This document shows, one piece after another, positions 51,773-63,980 of a stretch of 64,000 nucleotides of DNA (positions within the stretch are counted from its first letter, which is position 1; every line of letters begins with the position of its first letter). The position numbers and the translations under genes were made by a program. Under the pieces are notes generated by a model. That model worked only from the letters and a program-made list of their open reading frames with translations. It was not told the DNA's origin and ran no database searches. The DNA comes from Actinomycetota bacterium (GTDB lineage Bacteria > Actinomycetota > Geothermincolia > Geothermincolales > RBG-13-55-18): assembly GCA_030019255.1 (NCBI GenBank), contig JASEFK010000004.1:15370-79369 (forward strand). Reading direction: 5' to 3'.

Positions 51773-52480
51773 ATGAATGAAGGGAAGAGCGCTGCCGAGC
51801 TCGGCCGCCGGGAGCGCAAGAAGAGGCAGACCCGCGAGGCGCTGGAGAGGACCGCCCTGCGCCTTTTCCGGGAGAAGGGCTACGACCGCACCACCATCAG
51901 GGACATCACCGAGGAAGTGGACGTCTCCCAGCGCACCTTTTTCCGCTATTTCCCCTCCAAGGAGGCGGTGCTCTTCGGGAACTGGGAGGAGAGCCTGGAG
52001 CTGCTGCGGCGGCTCATCCTGGAAAGGCCGCGAGAGGAGCCGGTTTTCGTCGCCCTCTACCAGGCGGCCCTGAAGCTCGCCGAGGCGGACCGGGAGAACG
52101 AGGAGTGGCTGGTGATGGTCAAGGAACTGGCGGAAAGGTCCCGCCGCATCGGCGAGTTCGAGCGCAACGTCATCTACCCCGGTTTCGAGAGGGTGGTGGC
52201 CGAGGCCCTGGCGGAACGCATGGGGGTAGACCCGGCGAAGGACCCCCGCCCCAGGATGCTGGCCGCGGTCTCCGTGGCCGCCTGGACCACGGCGCGCCGC
52301 ATGTGGATGGAGAGCGGAGGAAAACAGTCCGTATCCGGCATCCTCTCCCGGACTTTCGGCTCCCTCGTGGAAACGTTGCCCGGGACCGGCGGGGCAGAAG
52401 GGAGCCGGGCGGCGGAGGGTTCCGGGACCCGGAAGGCAGGAAACCGCAGGACCGGTTCCTCCCGGAAGAAAAGGTCTTGA
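51773..52480 (+). CDS. TetR/AcrR-family transcriptional regulator
   Basis: The N-terminal HTH RTTIRDITEEVDVSQRTFFRYFPSKE is typical of TetR proteins. The ATG at 51773 lies 6-7 nt downstream of a TATAAT at 51761-51766, so the mRNA may be leaderless. Confidence 0.8.
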   Translation: MNEGKSAAELGRRERKKRQTREALERTALRLFREKGYDRTTIRDITEEVDVSQRTFFRYFPSKEAVLFGNWEESLELLRRLILERPREEPVFVALYQAALKLAEADRENEEWLVMVKELAERSRRIGEFERNVIYPGFERVVAEALAERMGVDPAKDPRPRMLAAVSVAAWTTARRMWMESGGKQSVSGILSRTFGSLVETLPGTGGAEGSRAAEGSGTRKAGNRRTGSSRKKRS

Positions 52481-52514
52481 GTGGGCTGACCTTACCGACC
52501 CCCGGCAGGACGAA

Positions 52515-53105
52515 TCAGCGGAGGTCGTCCAGAACCTCCCTCACCGCGTCCAGGATGGGGGTCCGGATTCGCGGCGGGATTTTCCTCAGGTAATCCAGCG
52601 CTTTTTCCTTTACCTCCGGGCGCAGGCCCCTCAGGTAGGCGAGGACGTTTTCCGGGGTCAGGTCCCGACGGGTGCGCCTCTCGAAGTCCGGGCGGAGGTC
52701 GTTCCAGATCACCACCCGGAGCTCGTGCCCCTCCCGGTTCTTCTCCTCCGCCCAGCGCCGGATGTCCGGGAGGCACTCGTCCACCGTCCGGCACCAGTGC
52801 TCACCGGTGGCCAGGTCCAGAAAACCGACGTTTTCCGGTTTGCACTCCGCCCTCTGGGCCAGGCTCCATACCGCTTCGCCCACGCTGTCCGTCCCCATGA
52901 GGGACCAGTAGACCTGGACCGGCGTTGAGCCCCTCCGGAGGGAGAGGGCCAGGTACCTCTGGGGAGCCACGCGGGAGAGCTCCACAGGCAGGACGGGTCC
53001 ATCCCCCAACCACCGCCCGTCGCGAAGCATGAGCCCCTCCGGCTCCGTGACCATGGGGTCCCATCCCAGGACCGCTATCTCCGCCAAGCTTCCCACCTCC
53101 CGCAC
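52515..53105 (-). CDS. Hypothetical protein
   Basis: 196 aa, GTG start. No family recognised by eye. The start region is tandemly duplicated (see findings). Confidence 0.45.
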   Translation of the reverse strand: MREVGSLAEIAVLGWDPMVTEPEGLMLRDGRWLGDGPVLPVELSRVAPQRYLALSLRRGSTPVQVYWSLMGTDSVGEAVWSLAQRAECKPENVGFLDLATGEHWCRTVDECLPDIRRWAEEKNREGHELRVVIWNDLRPDFERRTRRDLTPENVLAYLRGLRPEVKEKALDYLRKIPPRIRTPILDAVREVLDDLR

Positions 53106-53530
53106 GAAAGTTCTTACTTCCCACCTCCCGCACGAAAAGTCCTTAAGATCGATTTTTCATGTGCAATGTCGATTCCTTCCGCTTCCTACCCGGAGACCTT
53201 CGTGCAATGCTTCTCAAAGACTTTTCCAGCCCGGTTATTTCTACCCTTTCACTCCCTCCTTGAGGCCCTCAGAGCGACGCACTCAAGGCCGCCTTCACCT
53301 ACCGGCAAGGCCGACTTCTTGCTCCCCTACAAGAAACCTCGACGCGGCCTGTCCTCGAAACCGCTTTCGGGAGCCTCGCCCGCGTCCGGGGGGTCGCCGC
53401 ATCATCCGCCTCGTACCCCTGGCGGACCTTCTCCTGCGGGTTCCCCCGGAAGACGATTTCGGCGCCCTGCGCCGCCGACTAAAGCCGCCGCCCATTTATT
53501 GTTTATGGGCGGCCTGATATCTTATTCTCC

Positions 53531-54820
53531 ATGAGGTTTTCCTGGGAGTACGGGCGCGGAATACAGGAGTTCGAGGTCCCCGATGACCTCCTCCTCGGCG
53601 TGGTGGAGGGGACGGCCGTGGAGCCCCTCCTCGACCTCCGGCGCGCCCTGGAGGAGGCCCTGGAAAATCCCCTGGGATCCCCTCCCCTGTCGGAACTGGT
53701 GCGCAGCGGGGACCGGGTGGCCGTGGCCTGCCCCGACTTCCACCGCCTGTGGGTGCGCGCCCGGTTGTGGATGCCCCTCCTGGTGGGGTACCTTAACCGC
53801 TGCGGGGTGCGCGACCGGGACATCACGGTGATCATCGCCAACGGGACCCACGCTCCGCCCGGCTACCGGGGGCTGAGGATGATCCTGGGGGAAGACTTCC
53901 CTCCCGGTGTCCGGGTGGTGAACCACGATGCCCGCGACGAGGGTAGCCTTCGCTTCCTGGGGCACACCCCCTACGGCACTCCCCTGTGGGTAAACCGCCA
54001 CGCCCTGGAGGCCGACCACCTCATACTCACCGGGGCCGTGGTGCCCCACACCTTCGCCGGCTTCGGAGGGGGCCGCAAGGCGGTGGTGCCGGGCATGGCG
54101 GGGATAAAGACCATCCTGGCCAACCACCGCCGGGCCCTGAGCGAGGTGCCGGGTGGGGGCATCCATCCGAGGGCGGTCCCCGGGGTCCTGGACGGCAACC
54201 CGGTCCACGAGGACATGCTGGCCGCGGCGCGGATGGTGGGGCCACGCTTCATCGTCAACTTCGTGCTCAGCGAGGAGGGCGACTTTTTGGGGGTCTTTGC
54301 CGGGGACCTGGAGGAGGCCCATCGGGGCGGATGCGCCTTCGTCGAGGAGGCCTTTCGGGTGGAAATTCCTTCCAGGGCGGACATCGTGGTCGCTTCCCGG
54401 GGAGGGTATCCCATGGACCTCACCTTCTACCAGGCCTTCCAGTCCAACGCCAACGCCCGCGCCGCCCTGCGCGAGGACGGGCGGGGGGTCCTGATCATGG
54501 TGGGGGAGTGCTCGGAGGGCCTGGGCCCCTACGAGTTCCAGCGCTGGTTCCACATGGGAGGACTGGAGGAGATGGAGGCGGAACTGCGCCGCGCCTTCAC
54601 CGTCCCCGGTTTCGTGGTCTACCGGGCGGCGCTGCTGGCCCGCCAGGCGGAGAAGGTGATGCTGGTCTCCAGGCTGGATCCCGAGGTGGTGAAAGGGATA
54701 GGCGTTATCCCCCATACGAGCATCCGCGAGGCGCTCGAGGAGGCTCTGGACACCGTGCCTGGGGGAAGGGTGCTCCTCATGCCCCACGCCTCCCAGACCA
54801 TCCCCTCACCGGCCTGCTGA
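53531..54820 (+). CDS. larA: LarA-family nickel-pincer-cofactor-dependent racemase/epimerase (DUF2088)
   Basis: 429 aa. ...ITVIIANGTHAPPG... and the overall LarA architecture. Confidence 0.8.
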   Translation: MRFSWEYGRGIQEFEVPDDLLLGVVEGTAVEPLLDLRRALEEALENPLGSPPLSELVRSGDRVAVACPDFHRLWVRARLWMPLLVGYLNRCGVRDRDITVIIANGTHAPPGYRGLRMILGEDFPPGVRVVNHDARDEGSLRFLGHTPYGTPLWVNRHALEADHLILTGAVVPHTFAGFGGGRKAVVPGMAGIKTILANHRRALSEVPGGGIHPRAVPGVLDGNPVHEDMLAAARMVGPRFIVNFVLSEEGDFLGVFAGDLEEAHRGGCAFVEEAFRVEIPSRADIVVASRGGYPMDLTFYQAFQSNANARAALREDGRGVLIMVGECSEGLGPYEFQRWFHMGGLEEMEAELRRAFTVPGFVVYRAALLARQAEKVMLVSRLDPEVVKGIGVIPHTSIREALEEALDTVPGGRVLLMPHASQTIPSPAC

Positions 54821-54966
54821 GCCGCGCCGTTTTCCGGGGCACCCCGGACCCGGCACGACCCCCGCTAACGACGTAAGCCATTCCATATCCAGGGGGGTCT
54901 CCGGAAGCGGTCAAGCCCTACGGGCTCCCTTCCCCACTGGCGTCCAGGAAAGGCTCCGGACTTTAT

Positions 54967-55431
54967 TCAGCGCTCCGGGCCCAGGATGGCCTCCACCGCC
55001 TCCTCGGGGCTTGAGGCGCGCTGGAGCTTGTCGTCCGGCACGCCCCTCCGGGCGATGTCCCAGCTGGAGATGGCCACTACCCTTTTCCCCATCTTTAGGG
55101 CCATGGCGATCTCGGAGAGGGTTCCGTATTCGCCTCCCACGGCGATAACCGCATCCACGGTACGCACGATGACCGCGTTGCGCGCCTGTCCCATGTCCGT
55201 GGCGATGGCATAGTCCACGTAGGGGTTGGCGTCGCCCCGGAAGGGGCCGGGGAGGATCCCTATGGTCACGCCGCCCTCCTCCTTGGCCCCCTTGCAGGAG
55301 GCCTCCATCACCCCGCCCAGGCCGCCGCAGACCAGGACGGCGCCCCTGCGGGCCAGCAGGCGGCCCACCTCGTAGGCCAGCCGGGCCTCCTCCTCGCTGC
55401 AGAATTGTCCGCCCACCACTCCCACGTACAC
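54967..55431 (-). CDS. TIGR00725/LOG-family Rossmann-fold protein
   Basis: 154 aa from the GTG at 55431 behind a GGGAGG SD. VYVGVVGG...VCGGLGGVMEA... It is the C-terminal frame of the listed 600-aa ORF. Confidence 0.65.
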   Translation of the reverse strand: MYVGVVGGQFCSEEEARLAYEVGRLLARRGAVLVCGGLGGVMEASCKGAKEEGGVTIGILPGPFRGDANPYVDYAIATDMGQARNAVIVRTVDAVIAVGGEYGTLSEIAMALKMGKRVVAISSWDIARRGVPDDKLQRASSPEEAVEAILGPER

Positions 55432-55493
55432 TCTCAGACCTCCCGAAACGAACCGGATTTTCCCTTCGCCGCGGGCACCCGGCCCGCCGGCTC

Positions 55494-56717
55494 TTACCAG
55501 TAATCTCCTTGAGGCCGATCCCCGCTTCCCACCCCTTCGCCAGAAAGCAGGTCGCGGGCCGCCTCCTCGGCGGCGGCGTAGACCTCCTTGAGGGGCACGC
55601 CGGACCGCAGGGCCGCCCGCCGACAGTCCTCGTACTCCGGGGCCACGTTCAGGGGCCGGCCCTCGTGGCGGGCCACCTTCACCCGCACGGGCCCGTAGTC
55701 CGTGCTCACCTCCAGCACCTCCCGGTCCAGGTACTCCTTGTCCACCTCCTCGATGCGTATCCCCAGGGTCTTGGTCTCGGCGAAGATGACCTCCTTTATC
55801 TCCTCCTCGCGGGAGGGCGGGGCGAGCACGGAGATGGTCACCGCGGGGCGCGATTTCTTCACCTGGATGGGGGAGAGCCAGACGTCCTCGGCCCCGGCCT
55901 CGAAGAGCCTCTCCATGACGTAGGGGTAGATCTCCGGGTTCATGTCGTCGATGTTGGCGGAAAAGACCATCCTTCTCTCGCGGGTTCTGCCCCGCGCGAC
56001 CAACTCTCTCTCCCCCAGGAAGCCCCGCAGGACGTTGGGTATCTCCAGGTCGCGGTCCCCCGCCCCGTAGCCCACGGCCTGGATGCGCATGGGGGGCAGG
56101 AGGCAGAAGTCGGAGGCCAAAGCGGCCACGATGGCCGCGCCGGTGGGGGTGACGATCTCGGTGGGGATGCCGCTGGAGTACACGGGCACGTCCCTCAGGA
56201 TCTCGGTGACCGCGGGGGCTGGCACCGGGTATACGCCGTGGCTGGTCTTGATCATACCCGTGCCCATGGGGAGGGGGGAGCAAAGGAGCTCCTCCACCTC
56301 CAGGTGCTCCAGGCAGGCCACCGAGCCTACCACGTCCACCAGGGTGTCGGCGCTTCCCAGTTCGTGGAAATGGACCTGTTCGATGTTTCTCGAGTGGATG
56401 CGGCTCTCCGCCTCCGCCAGGAGGGCGAACACCCTCTGGCTCCTCTCCTTGACCTGCGGGGAGAGGTTGCTCCGGTCGATGAGCTCCCTGATGTGGGCGT
56501 AGGTCCTGACCACCTCTCTCTCCAGGACCCTCACATGGACCTTGGTGGCCCCGATGCCCTTGCGCTCGGTGCGGGTGGCGGTGATGTTCGCCTCGCTGAG
56601 GCCCAGGCGCGACGCGGTGTCCTGCAGGAGGTCGAGAGGAGCCCCGAGGTCCACCAGCACGCCCAGCATCATGTCCCCGCTGATGCCGGCGAAGGCGTCC
56701 AGGTAGAGGGTCTTCAA
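55494..56717 (-). CDS. larC: LarC, nickel insertion protein for the pincer cofactor (DUF111)
   Basis: 407 aa. MKTLYLDAFAGISGDMMLGVLVDLG is the canonical LarC/DUF111 N-terminus. Confidence 0.85.
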   Translation of the reverse strand: MKTLYLDAFAGISGDMMLGVLVDLGAPLDLLQDTASRLGLSEANITATRTERKGIGATKVHVRVLEREVVRTYAHIRELIDRSNLSPQVKERSQRVFALLAEAESRIHSRNIEQVHFHELGSADTLVDVVGSVACLEHLEVEELLCSPLPMGTGMIKTSHGVYPVPAPAVTEILRDVPVYSSGIPTEIVTPTGAAIVAALASDFCLLPPMRIQAVGYGAGDRDLEIPNVLRGFLGERELVARGRTRERRMVFSANIDDMNPEIYPYVMERLFEAGAEDVWLSPIQVKKSRPAVTISVLAPPSREEEIKEVIFAETKTLGIRIEEVDKEYLDREVLEVSTDYGPVRVKVARHEGRPLNVAPEYEDCRRAALRSGVPLKEVYAAAEEAARDLLSGEGVGSGDRPQGDYW

Positions 56718-56937
56718 GCCGCCACTCCTTCGAATCGCCCGGAATCCACCCCTCTCGAGCGGTTTTCACCCTTACTCCCGACGGCCCTCTTCACCCGATA
56801 CTCGATAAACGGGCTTGCGCCTACCTACCCCGCTCGAGCGCTTGCCGCCTTTTTATCCCTTCAACATCGATCATATCACCCTGCAGGGAATATTATCCGC
56901 TTCCACGCCCGCAAGATCGGATTCCCGCACGCCTCCC

Positions 56938-57822
56938 TCACCGTGCCCGGCATGCAAAGGACGTGATGTCGCCTTCTCCTTCTTGGAAGAGGGTGAGAAC
57001 CTTCCGCTCCGGCGCCTCCTGGTCCATGCTCCCGCTGCGGTAGCCCTCCAGGTCCAGGTCCGCACGCCGGAAACCCAGTTCCCGGAGCCTTCCCGCCACC
57101 ACCTCGCGGTTCTCCCCGTGGATGAGGGAGGCAGTCTCCTCCCCTCCGGCTTCGATGCGGGCCCACTCCGGCCCCTCCAGGCGCACCCGGAGCTCGCGCC
57201 ACCCCAGGCCTTCCAGAAACTCCTCGGCGGCGTCAACCCTGCGGATAGCCTCCGGGTCCAGCCGCGCCCCGTAGGGGAAGCGGGTGGCCAGGCAGGGGCG
57301 GGAAGGAGCGTCCCAGTTGGGAAGCCCCAGTTCACGGGCCAGCTCGCGGACGTTCCGCTTGGTGAAACCGGCTTCCTCGAGGGGGCTGAGGCAGCCTTCC
57401 TCCCGGGCCGCCCTCCTGCCGGGACGATACATCGAGGCGTCGTCCCGGTTTCCGCCGTCCAGCACCGCCTCCAGGCCATGCGCGGCGGCCAGGCCGCGCA
57501 GGAGAACCAGGCGGTGCTTCTTGCAACGGTAGCAGCGGTCCAGCGGGTTGTCGGAAAACCCCTCCAGGGAGAGCTCGTCGCACTCGGTGACCTTTAAGGG
57601 GAAGCCCAGCTCCCCGGAGAGGCGTATGGCGCGGCTTATCTCCCGTGGGGGCATGAGGGGGGAGGAGACCAGAACCGCCAGCATGCGGTCGCCGAGAACC
57701 TTCCAGGCCAGGTAGGAGAGCAGGGTGGAATCCACGCCCCCCGAGTAGGCGACGGCAGCGGAGGGAAGGGTATCCAGGATTTCCCATAAACGCCGCTGCT
57801 TGTCTTTCAGCTCCTCATCCAT
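56938..57822 (-). CDS. larE: LarE, ATP-dependent sacrificial sulfur transferase (PP-loop ATPase)
   Basis: PP-loop SGGVDS. The ATG at 57822 (MDEELKDKQRRLWEIL) is internal to the listed ORF 56938-57876. Confidence 0.85.
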   Translation of the reverse strand: MDEELKDKQRRLWEILDTLPSAAVAYSGGVDSTLLSYLAWKVLGDRMLAVLVSSPLMPPREISRAIRLSGELGFPLKVTECDELSLEGFSDNPLDRCYRCKKHRLVLLRGLAAAHGLEAVLDGGNRDDASMYRPGRRAAREEGCLSPLEEAGFTKRNVRELARELGLPNWDAPSRPCLATRFPYGARLDPEAIRRVDAAEEFLEGLGWRELRVRLEGPEWARIEAGGEETASLIHGENREVVAGRLRELGFRRADLDLEGYRSGSMDQEAPERKVLTLFQEGEGDITSFACRAR

Positions 57823-57971
57823 CTTCGCTCCATACCTTCGTTTCGAGTATATCACGCACGGGTAGCGGAGAAGCATTGCCGCGGCGCCCGCCGCCGTCCG
57901 CCCGAAATCCCGCTCCGGTCCCGGAAAAAGCGCGGAATATGGTATCCTCTTGAGGGAAAGGAGGACGGGAC

Positions 57972-58561
57972 ATGTTGGAAGCCTTTAAGAACAACTCCGG
58001 CCTGATGATAACCCTTCTTCTGCTGATGGATTTCCTCCTACTGGCGGGGGTTTTCGTCCTCTTCCGACAACTTTCCCTGCTGCGCCGCAACGTGACCATC
58101 CTCAAGCGGGGGGTGGATGGCTCCAGCCTTCTGGAGAAGGTGGCCTCCCAGGCGCTGCAGATACAGGATATCTACCGCATCCTGGAGCAGCATGCCACGG
58201 AGAAGGAATACCTAACCGAGGTATTGGCTGGGTCCCTGCAGAGGGTGGCCGTGGTGCGCTTCGACGCCTTCGACGACATGGGCGGCAAGCTCAGTTACTC
58301 GGTGGCCATGCTGGACGAGAACGGGGACGGGGTCATCTTCACCTCCATCTACGGCCGCAACGAGAACCGCACTTACGCCAAGGCGGTTAAGAACGGGAGG
58401 GCTTCCCACGTCCTGTCCCGCGAGGAGGAGGAGGCCCTGCGCCGCGCCCTCACCGTGAAGCCCCCCATGATTCGCGCCCGCAAGGGCGGCGCCGGCAGGC
58501 TCTTCAACCTGGAGAGCGCGGTGGAGGACGGCGGGGAGTCCCGAAGGGAGGAGGACGGCTC

Positions 58562-58574
<13 letters not shown>
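57972..58574 (+). CDS. Membrane-anchored hypothetical protein (DUF4446-like)
   Basis: 200 aa. One N-terminal TM, then a conserved region VVRFDAFDDMGGKLSYSVAMLDENGDGVIFTSIYGRNE. It overlaps the pheA start. Confidence 0.5.
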
Positions 58575-60716
<2,142 letters not shown>

Positions 60717-61167
60717 GCCATCTTCGGAAATCCCCTCGTGCGCCAGGCGATATTCTTTCATTACCCTCAGCTTCATTATTTTGAGGCTCTTTCCCCACCC
60801 CGCCCTCGCATCTATCCCCGATGGTCGCGAGAGCCCCGATTCCTCGGCAAGCTTTCAGCGTTGCGGAGACGTTCCCCCTCGGCTCTCGTTGCGTCGTGAA
60901 TGAAGTCGAAGATATGTGCGGGTTGAGCTGCGGCGGAGAAATCTTCCCCCGGCTCCCGTAGCGCCTCTCGCTCCCTAGGGCATCGGGCCTTTTCGGCACT
61001 CGCTTTTGAGGTTGAAAAAGGCACATAGACCACTTTGACATCCCGGCTGAAAAACAAGAAATTCTGGCAGATGGAGGCCCTCTCCCTTGCCGTGGCTGGC
61101 TTGACAGAATTAATGCCCCGGTGCCGAATAAAAATATAAAGGGGCTTCGAACGGCAGGTGAGCGCGC

Positions 61168-61914
61168 GTGCAGGGGGACGAGATACTGAGGATCATCAGG
61201 CGCATCACCCGTGACTTCGCTCCCATCCTCCCGGGCCTCCGCCTGGAGTTGATCTCCCCCGAGGGGTTCCGGGCCCGGGTGCGCGGCAAGCCCATCATAG
61301 CCGACCAGGCCATGCTACGGGCCGTTCTGGGCGAGGAGGCCGGAGGGGCTGGGGGAAGAGGGGGCCGACCGTGGGGAAGGGCAGCGCTCGGAAGCGCTGC
61401 GAAGGGCGAAGGGCCGGAGCGGAGCGAAGAAACCGCCAAAGGCAAGGGACATCTCAACGAACCCTATCCGGAGGCGGGGCCCGCCTTTGCCGTGTCGGGC
61501 GGGAAGGTTCCGGAGGTAAAAAAACCCATCCCTCCCGGACGGGGGAGCCCGGAAGGAGAGGAACGGAAAGGGGAAAAGGTGCGGGAAGAAAAGACACGGG
61601 AGGGTCCCGCAGAGAGGTACCCCCTTTACGCCCTCCCCTCCAGCCGTACCATCTTGGTGGAGATGGAGAGCCTCGCCGAGAGGGTGAACCAGGAGGACCG
61701 CCGCCTGCACCGCCCCCTGGTGGAGGGGCTCGTCCTCCGCGAGGTCCTTTATCTCATCACCAGCGGCCAGCCTCTCCCCGAGCCCCGGGCGCGGGCAGAA
61801 CGCATCCTTCGCCGCCACTGGCCCTTCCAGTACGCCGCCCTGCGCAGCGTGGGCCTCACCGTGACTGGCTTCGAACGGCCTCCGCAGGGCGAGGCGCTGG
61901 GCCGGGACAACTAG
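61168..61914 (+). CDS. Hypothetical protein with a central Gly/Glu/Lys-rich disordered region
   Basis: 248 aa, GTG start. No recognisable family. Confidence 0.4.
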   Translation: MQGDEILRIIRRITRDFAPILPGLRLELISPEGFRARVRGKPIIADQAMLRAVLGEEAGGAGGRGGRPWGRAALGSAAKGEGPERSEETAKGKGHLNEPYPEAGPAFAVSGGKVPEVKKPIPPGRGSPEGEERKGEKVREEKTREGPAERYPLYALPSSRTILVEMESLAERVNQEDRRLHRPLVEGLVLREVLYLITSGQPLPEPRARAERILRRHWPFQYAALRSVGLTVTGFERPPQGEALGRDN

Positions 61915-62352
61915 GGGCTTGTGAAGGGATTCTCGGCGGAAAGGCCGTCCATTCCCTCAACGGACGTCAATCGATTTGGGGTGTCTTTACACGAGGGATT
62001 GCGCGGTGGGGTTGTTGCTGTTCCAGGATTTCTTGCAGCCCGGAATGCGTGAACGTTTTTCTCGGCATTTGCCCATTACGTCAAGTGATTATGACATCTG
62101 CTCAAGAGGCCACAACACGTGGTGAAATCATCGGTCACCCCCCACTCCATGCAAGCTACATCTTTTTTCCTAAACTGAGGGAACAATCGTTTTGTTTAAT
62201 TGGCGGGTAGTGAACGTGTTCCGTACGGAAGTAGGGTTACGGGAACCGGGCCCGAAGGAGCAAGGCATGGCCGTCCGATCATCCTTTGAGGTTCGGGACG
62301 GAAGGCCCTTGACGCGTTTACGACCCGGGTTCCTATAAGTAAAATGGGTCCT

Positions 62353-62440
62353 GGAGGGGTGGCAGAGCGGACTAATGCGGTGGTCTTGAAAACCATTAGC
62401 CTTCGCAGGCTCGCGGGTTCGAATCCCGCCCCCTCCGCCA
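62353..62440 (+). tRNA. tRNA-Ser (anticodon TGA), class II with a long variable arm, CCA encoded
   Basis: Acceptor GGAGGGG/CCCCTCC, anticodon loop cTTGAaa, long variable arm TAGCCTTCGCAGGCT, T-loop GGTTCGAAT, 3' CCA. Upstream TTGACG...TATAAG promoter. Confidence 0.9.
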
Positions 62441-62813
62441 ATCATGGTTATAAGGTTATTCCGGCGGAAAAGTATCGATGGAGACTGATTTTCTCAGGCG
62501 AGCCATTCTACGGCAACCACGTTTTCTACCCCGGCATCCTTGAACTCGGGATAGCCTGTGACCAGAACGGAACCTTTCTACTGGGCGAGTGCGACCGCGA
62601 AGAAATCGGCGTAAGTGATAAGATTTCCGGATGAGGTGGGCGGCTATATGATCAAACCACTCTGGGAATCCAAATCCGGTAAATTTGCGAGGGAAAGACA
62701 TCGTAATACAGCCTGGCAGCCGGCATAATAAGGGCGTGGGGATACGTTCTTTCTCATGTCCCCCCGGTCGAGGAAAGGGGGAAATAACGACATTTGCCGT
62801 GAGGTAATCGGAG

Positions 62814-63980
62814 ATGGAAGGGATAAATCTTAATTTCAAGATAGGCACTCATGACCTTCATCCCGACGCCAACTTCAACTTCCAGTTGAACCGGATGGTC
62901 ATGTATGCCGACGGCGATCTGGAAGAGGTAAAAGAGGCGGCGCGGAAGATAACCGATATGAGGTCCTGGGTGAAGACCTTCGTGGACCTGGGGGAGAGGG
63001 CCCTGGGCGAGGGAAGGGTCGCCCAGGCCATCTCCTACTTGCGCGGTGCCGAGTTCTTCATGTACGAGGATATCGAGGAGAAACATCGCCTCTACGACCG
63101 GGCGACAAGCCTTTTCTACGAGCATTACTCGCGTTTCTTCGAGAAGGGCGCCATAAGGACGGATCGCGTGCCCTACGAAGGGAAGTACCTGCCGGTGTGG
63201 ATCACCGGGCCCGGGGAGAGGGCGGGAGCCATCCTCCTACACGGGGGTTACGACTCCTGCAAGGAGGAGTTCCTGCGCACCGTCCTCTACCTGGGGCAAA
63301 GGGGTTACACCGTATACCTTTTCGAGGGGCCGGGACAGGGCGAGGTCCTGAAGAAACTGGGCCTTCCCTTCACCCACCGGTGGGAGAGGCCGGTGAGGGC
63401 CGTCCTCGACCATTACCGCCTTGACGACGTGACCATCGTGGGAGTCTCGCTGGGGGGTATGCTCGCCCCCCGCGCCGCGGCCTTTGAGCCAAGGATAAAA
63501 AGGGTTGTGGCCTGGGGTGTCCTCCCCAACTTCCTGGACGTGGTCATCTCCACCCGGCCCAGGGTCCTCCAGTGGCTGCTCCGGGCCGGTCTCCGCCTCG
63601 GTCTTAGGCCGGCGGTGGACCTGGGGGCGAGGCAGCAGATGGCCCGGGATCCCCTGGCCGAATGGGGGATAAAACATGGTTGTTACGCCTTCGGCGTAGC
63701 TTGTCCGTACGAGTTCCTAAAGGCGGCGGACAGGTTCCAGTTCCTGGACGTCGCGGACCGCATCACCCAGGATTTCCTTCTCCTCGGCTCCACCAGGGAC
63801 CACTTCATACCCCTCGCGTTCTACAAGCGGGAGATCGACGCCCTGACCAACGTGAGGTCCCTCACCTTCCGGCTCTTCACGGAGAGGGAGAGCGCAGAGA
63901 ACCACTGTAACCTGGGGAACATCAAGCTGGCGCTGGACACCATCTTGGCCTGGCTGGACCAGGTGGGAAGCCGGGACTGA
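62814..63980 (+). CDS. Alpha/beta-hydrolase fold protein
   Basis: 388 aa. Nucleophile elbow GVSLGG. Confidence 0.7.
   Translation: MEGINLNFKIGTHDLHPDANFNFQLNRMVMYADGDLEEVKEAARKITDMRSWVKTFVDLGERALGEGRVAQAISYLRGAEFFMYEDIEEKHRLYDRATSLFYEHYSRFFEKGAIRTDRVPYEGKYLPVWITGPGERAGAILLHGGYDSCKEEFLRTVLYLGQRGYTVYLFEGPGQGEVLKKLGLPFTHRWERPVRAVLDHYRLDDVTIVGVSLGGMLAPRAAAFEPRIKRVVAWGVLPNFLDVVISTRPRVLQWLLRAGLRLGLRPAVDLGARQQMARDPLAEWGIKHGCYAFGVACPYEFLKAADRFQFLDVADRITQDFLLLGSTRDHFIPLAFYKREIDALTNVRSLTFRLFTERESAENHCNLGNIKLALDTILAWLDQVGSRD

Noticed and set aside
54967-56769. 600-aa minus-strand ORF
   Set aside because: An artefactual read-through that joins an out-of-frame antisense-like stretch over larC to the real TIGR00725/LOG gene (54967-55431). 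The genuine genes are larC in another frame (55494-56717) and the LOG-like gene.
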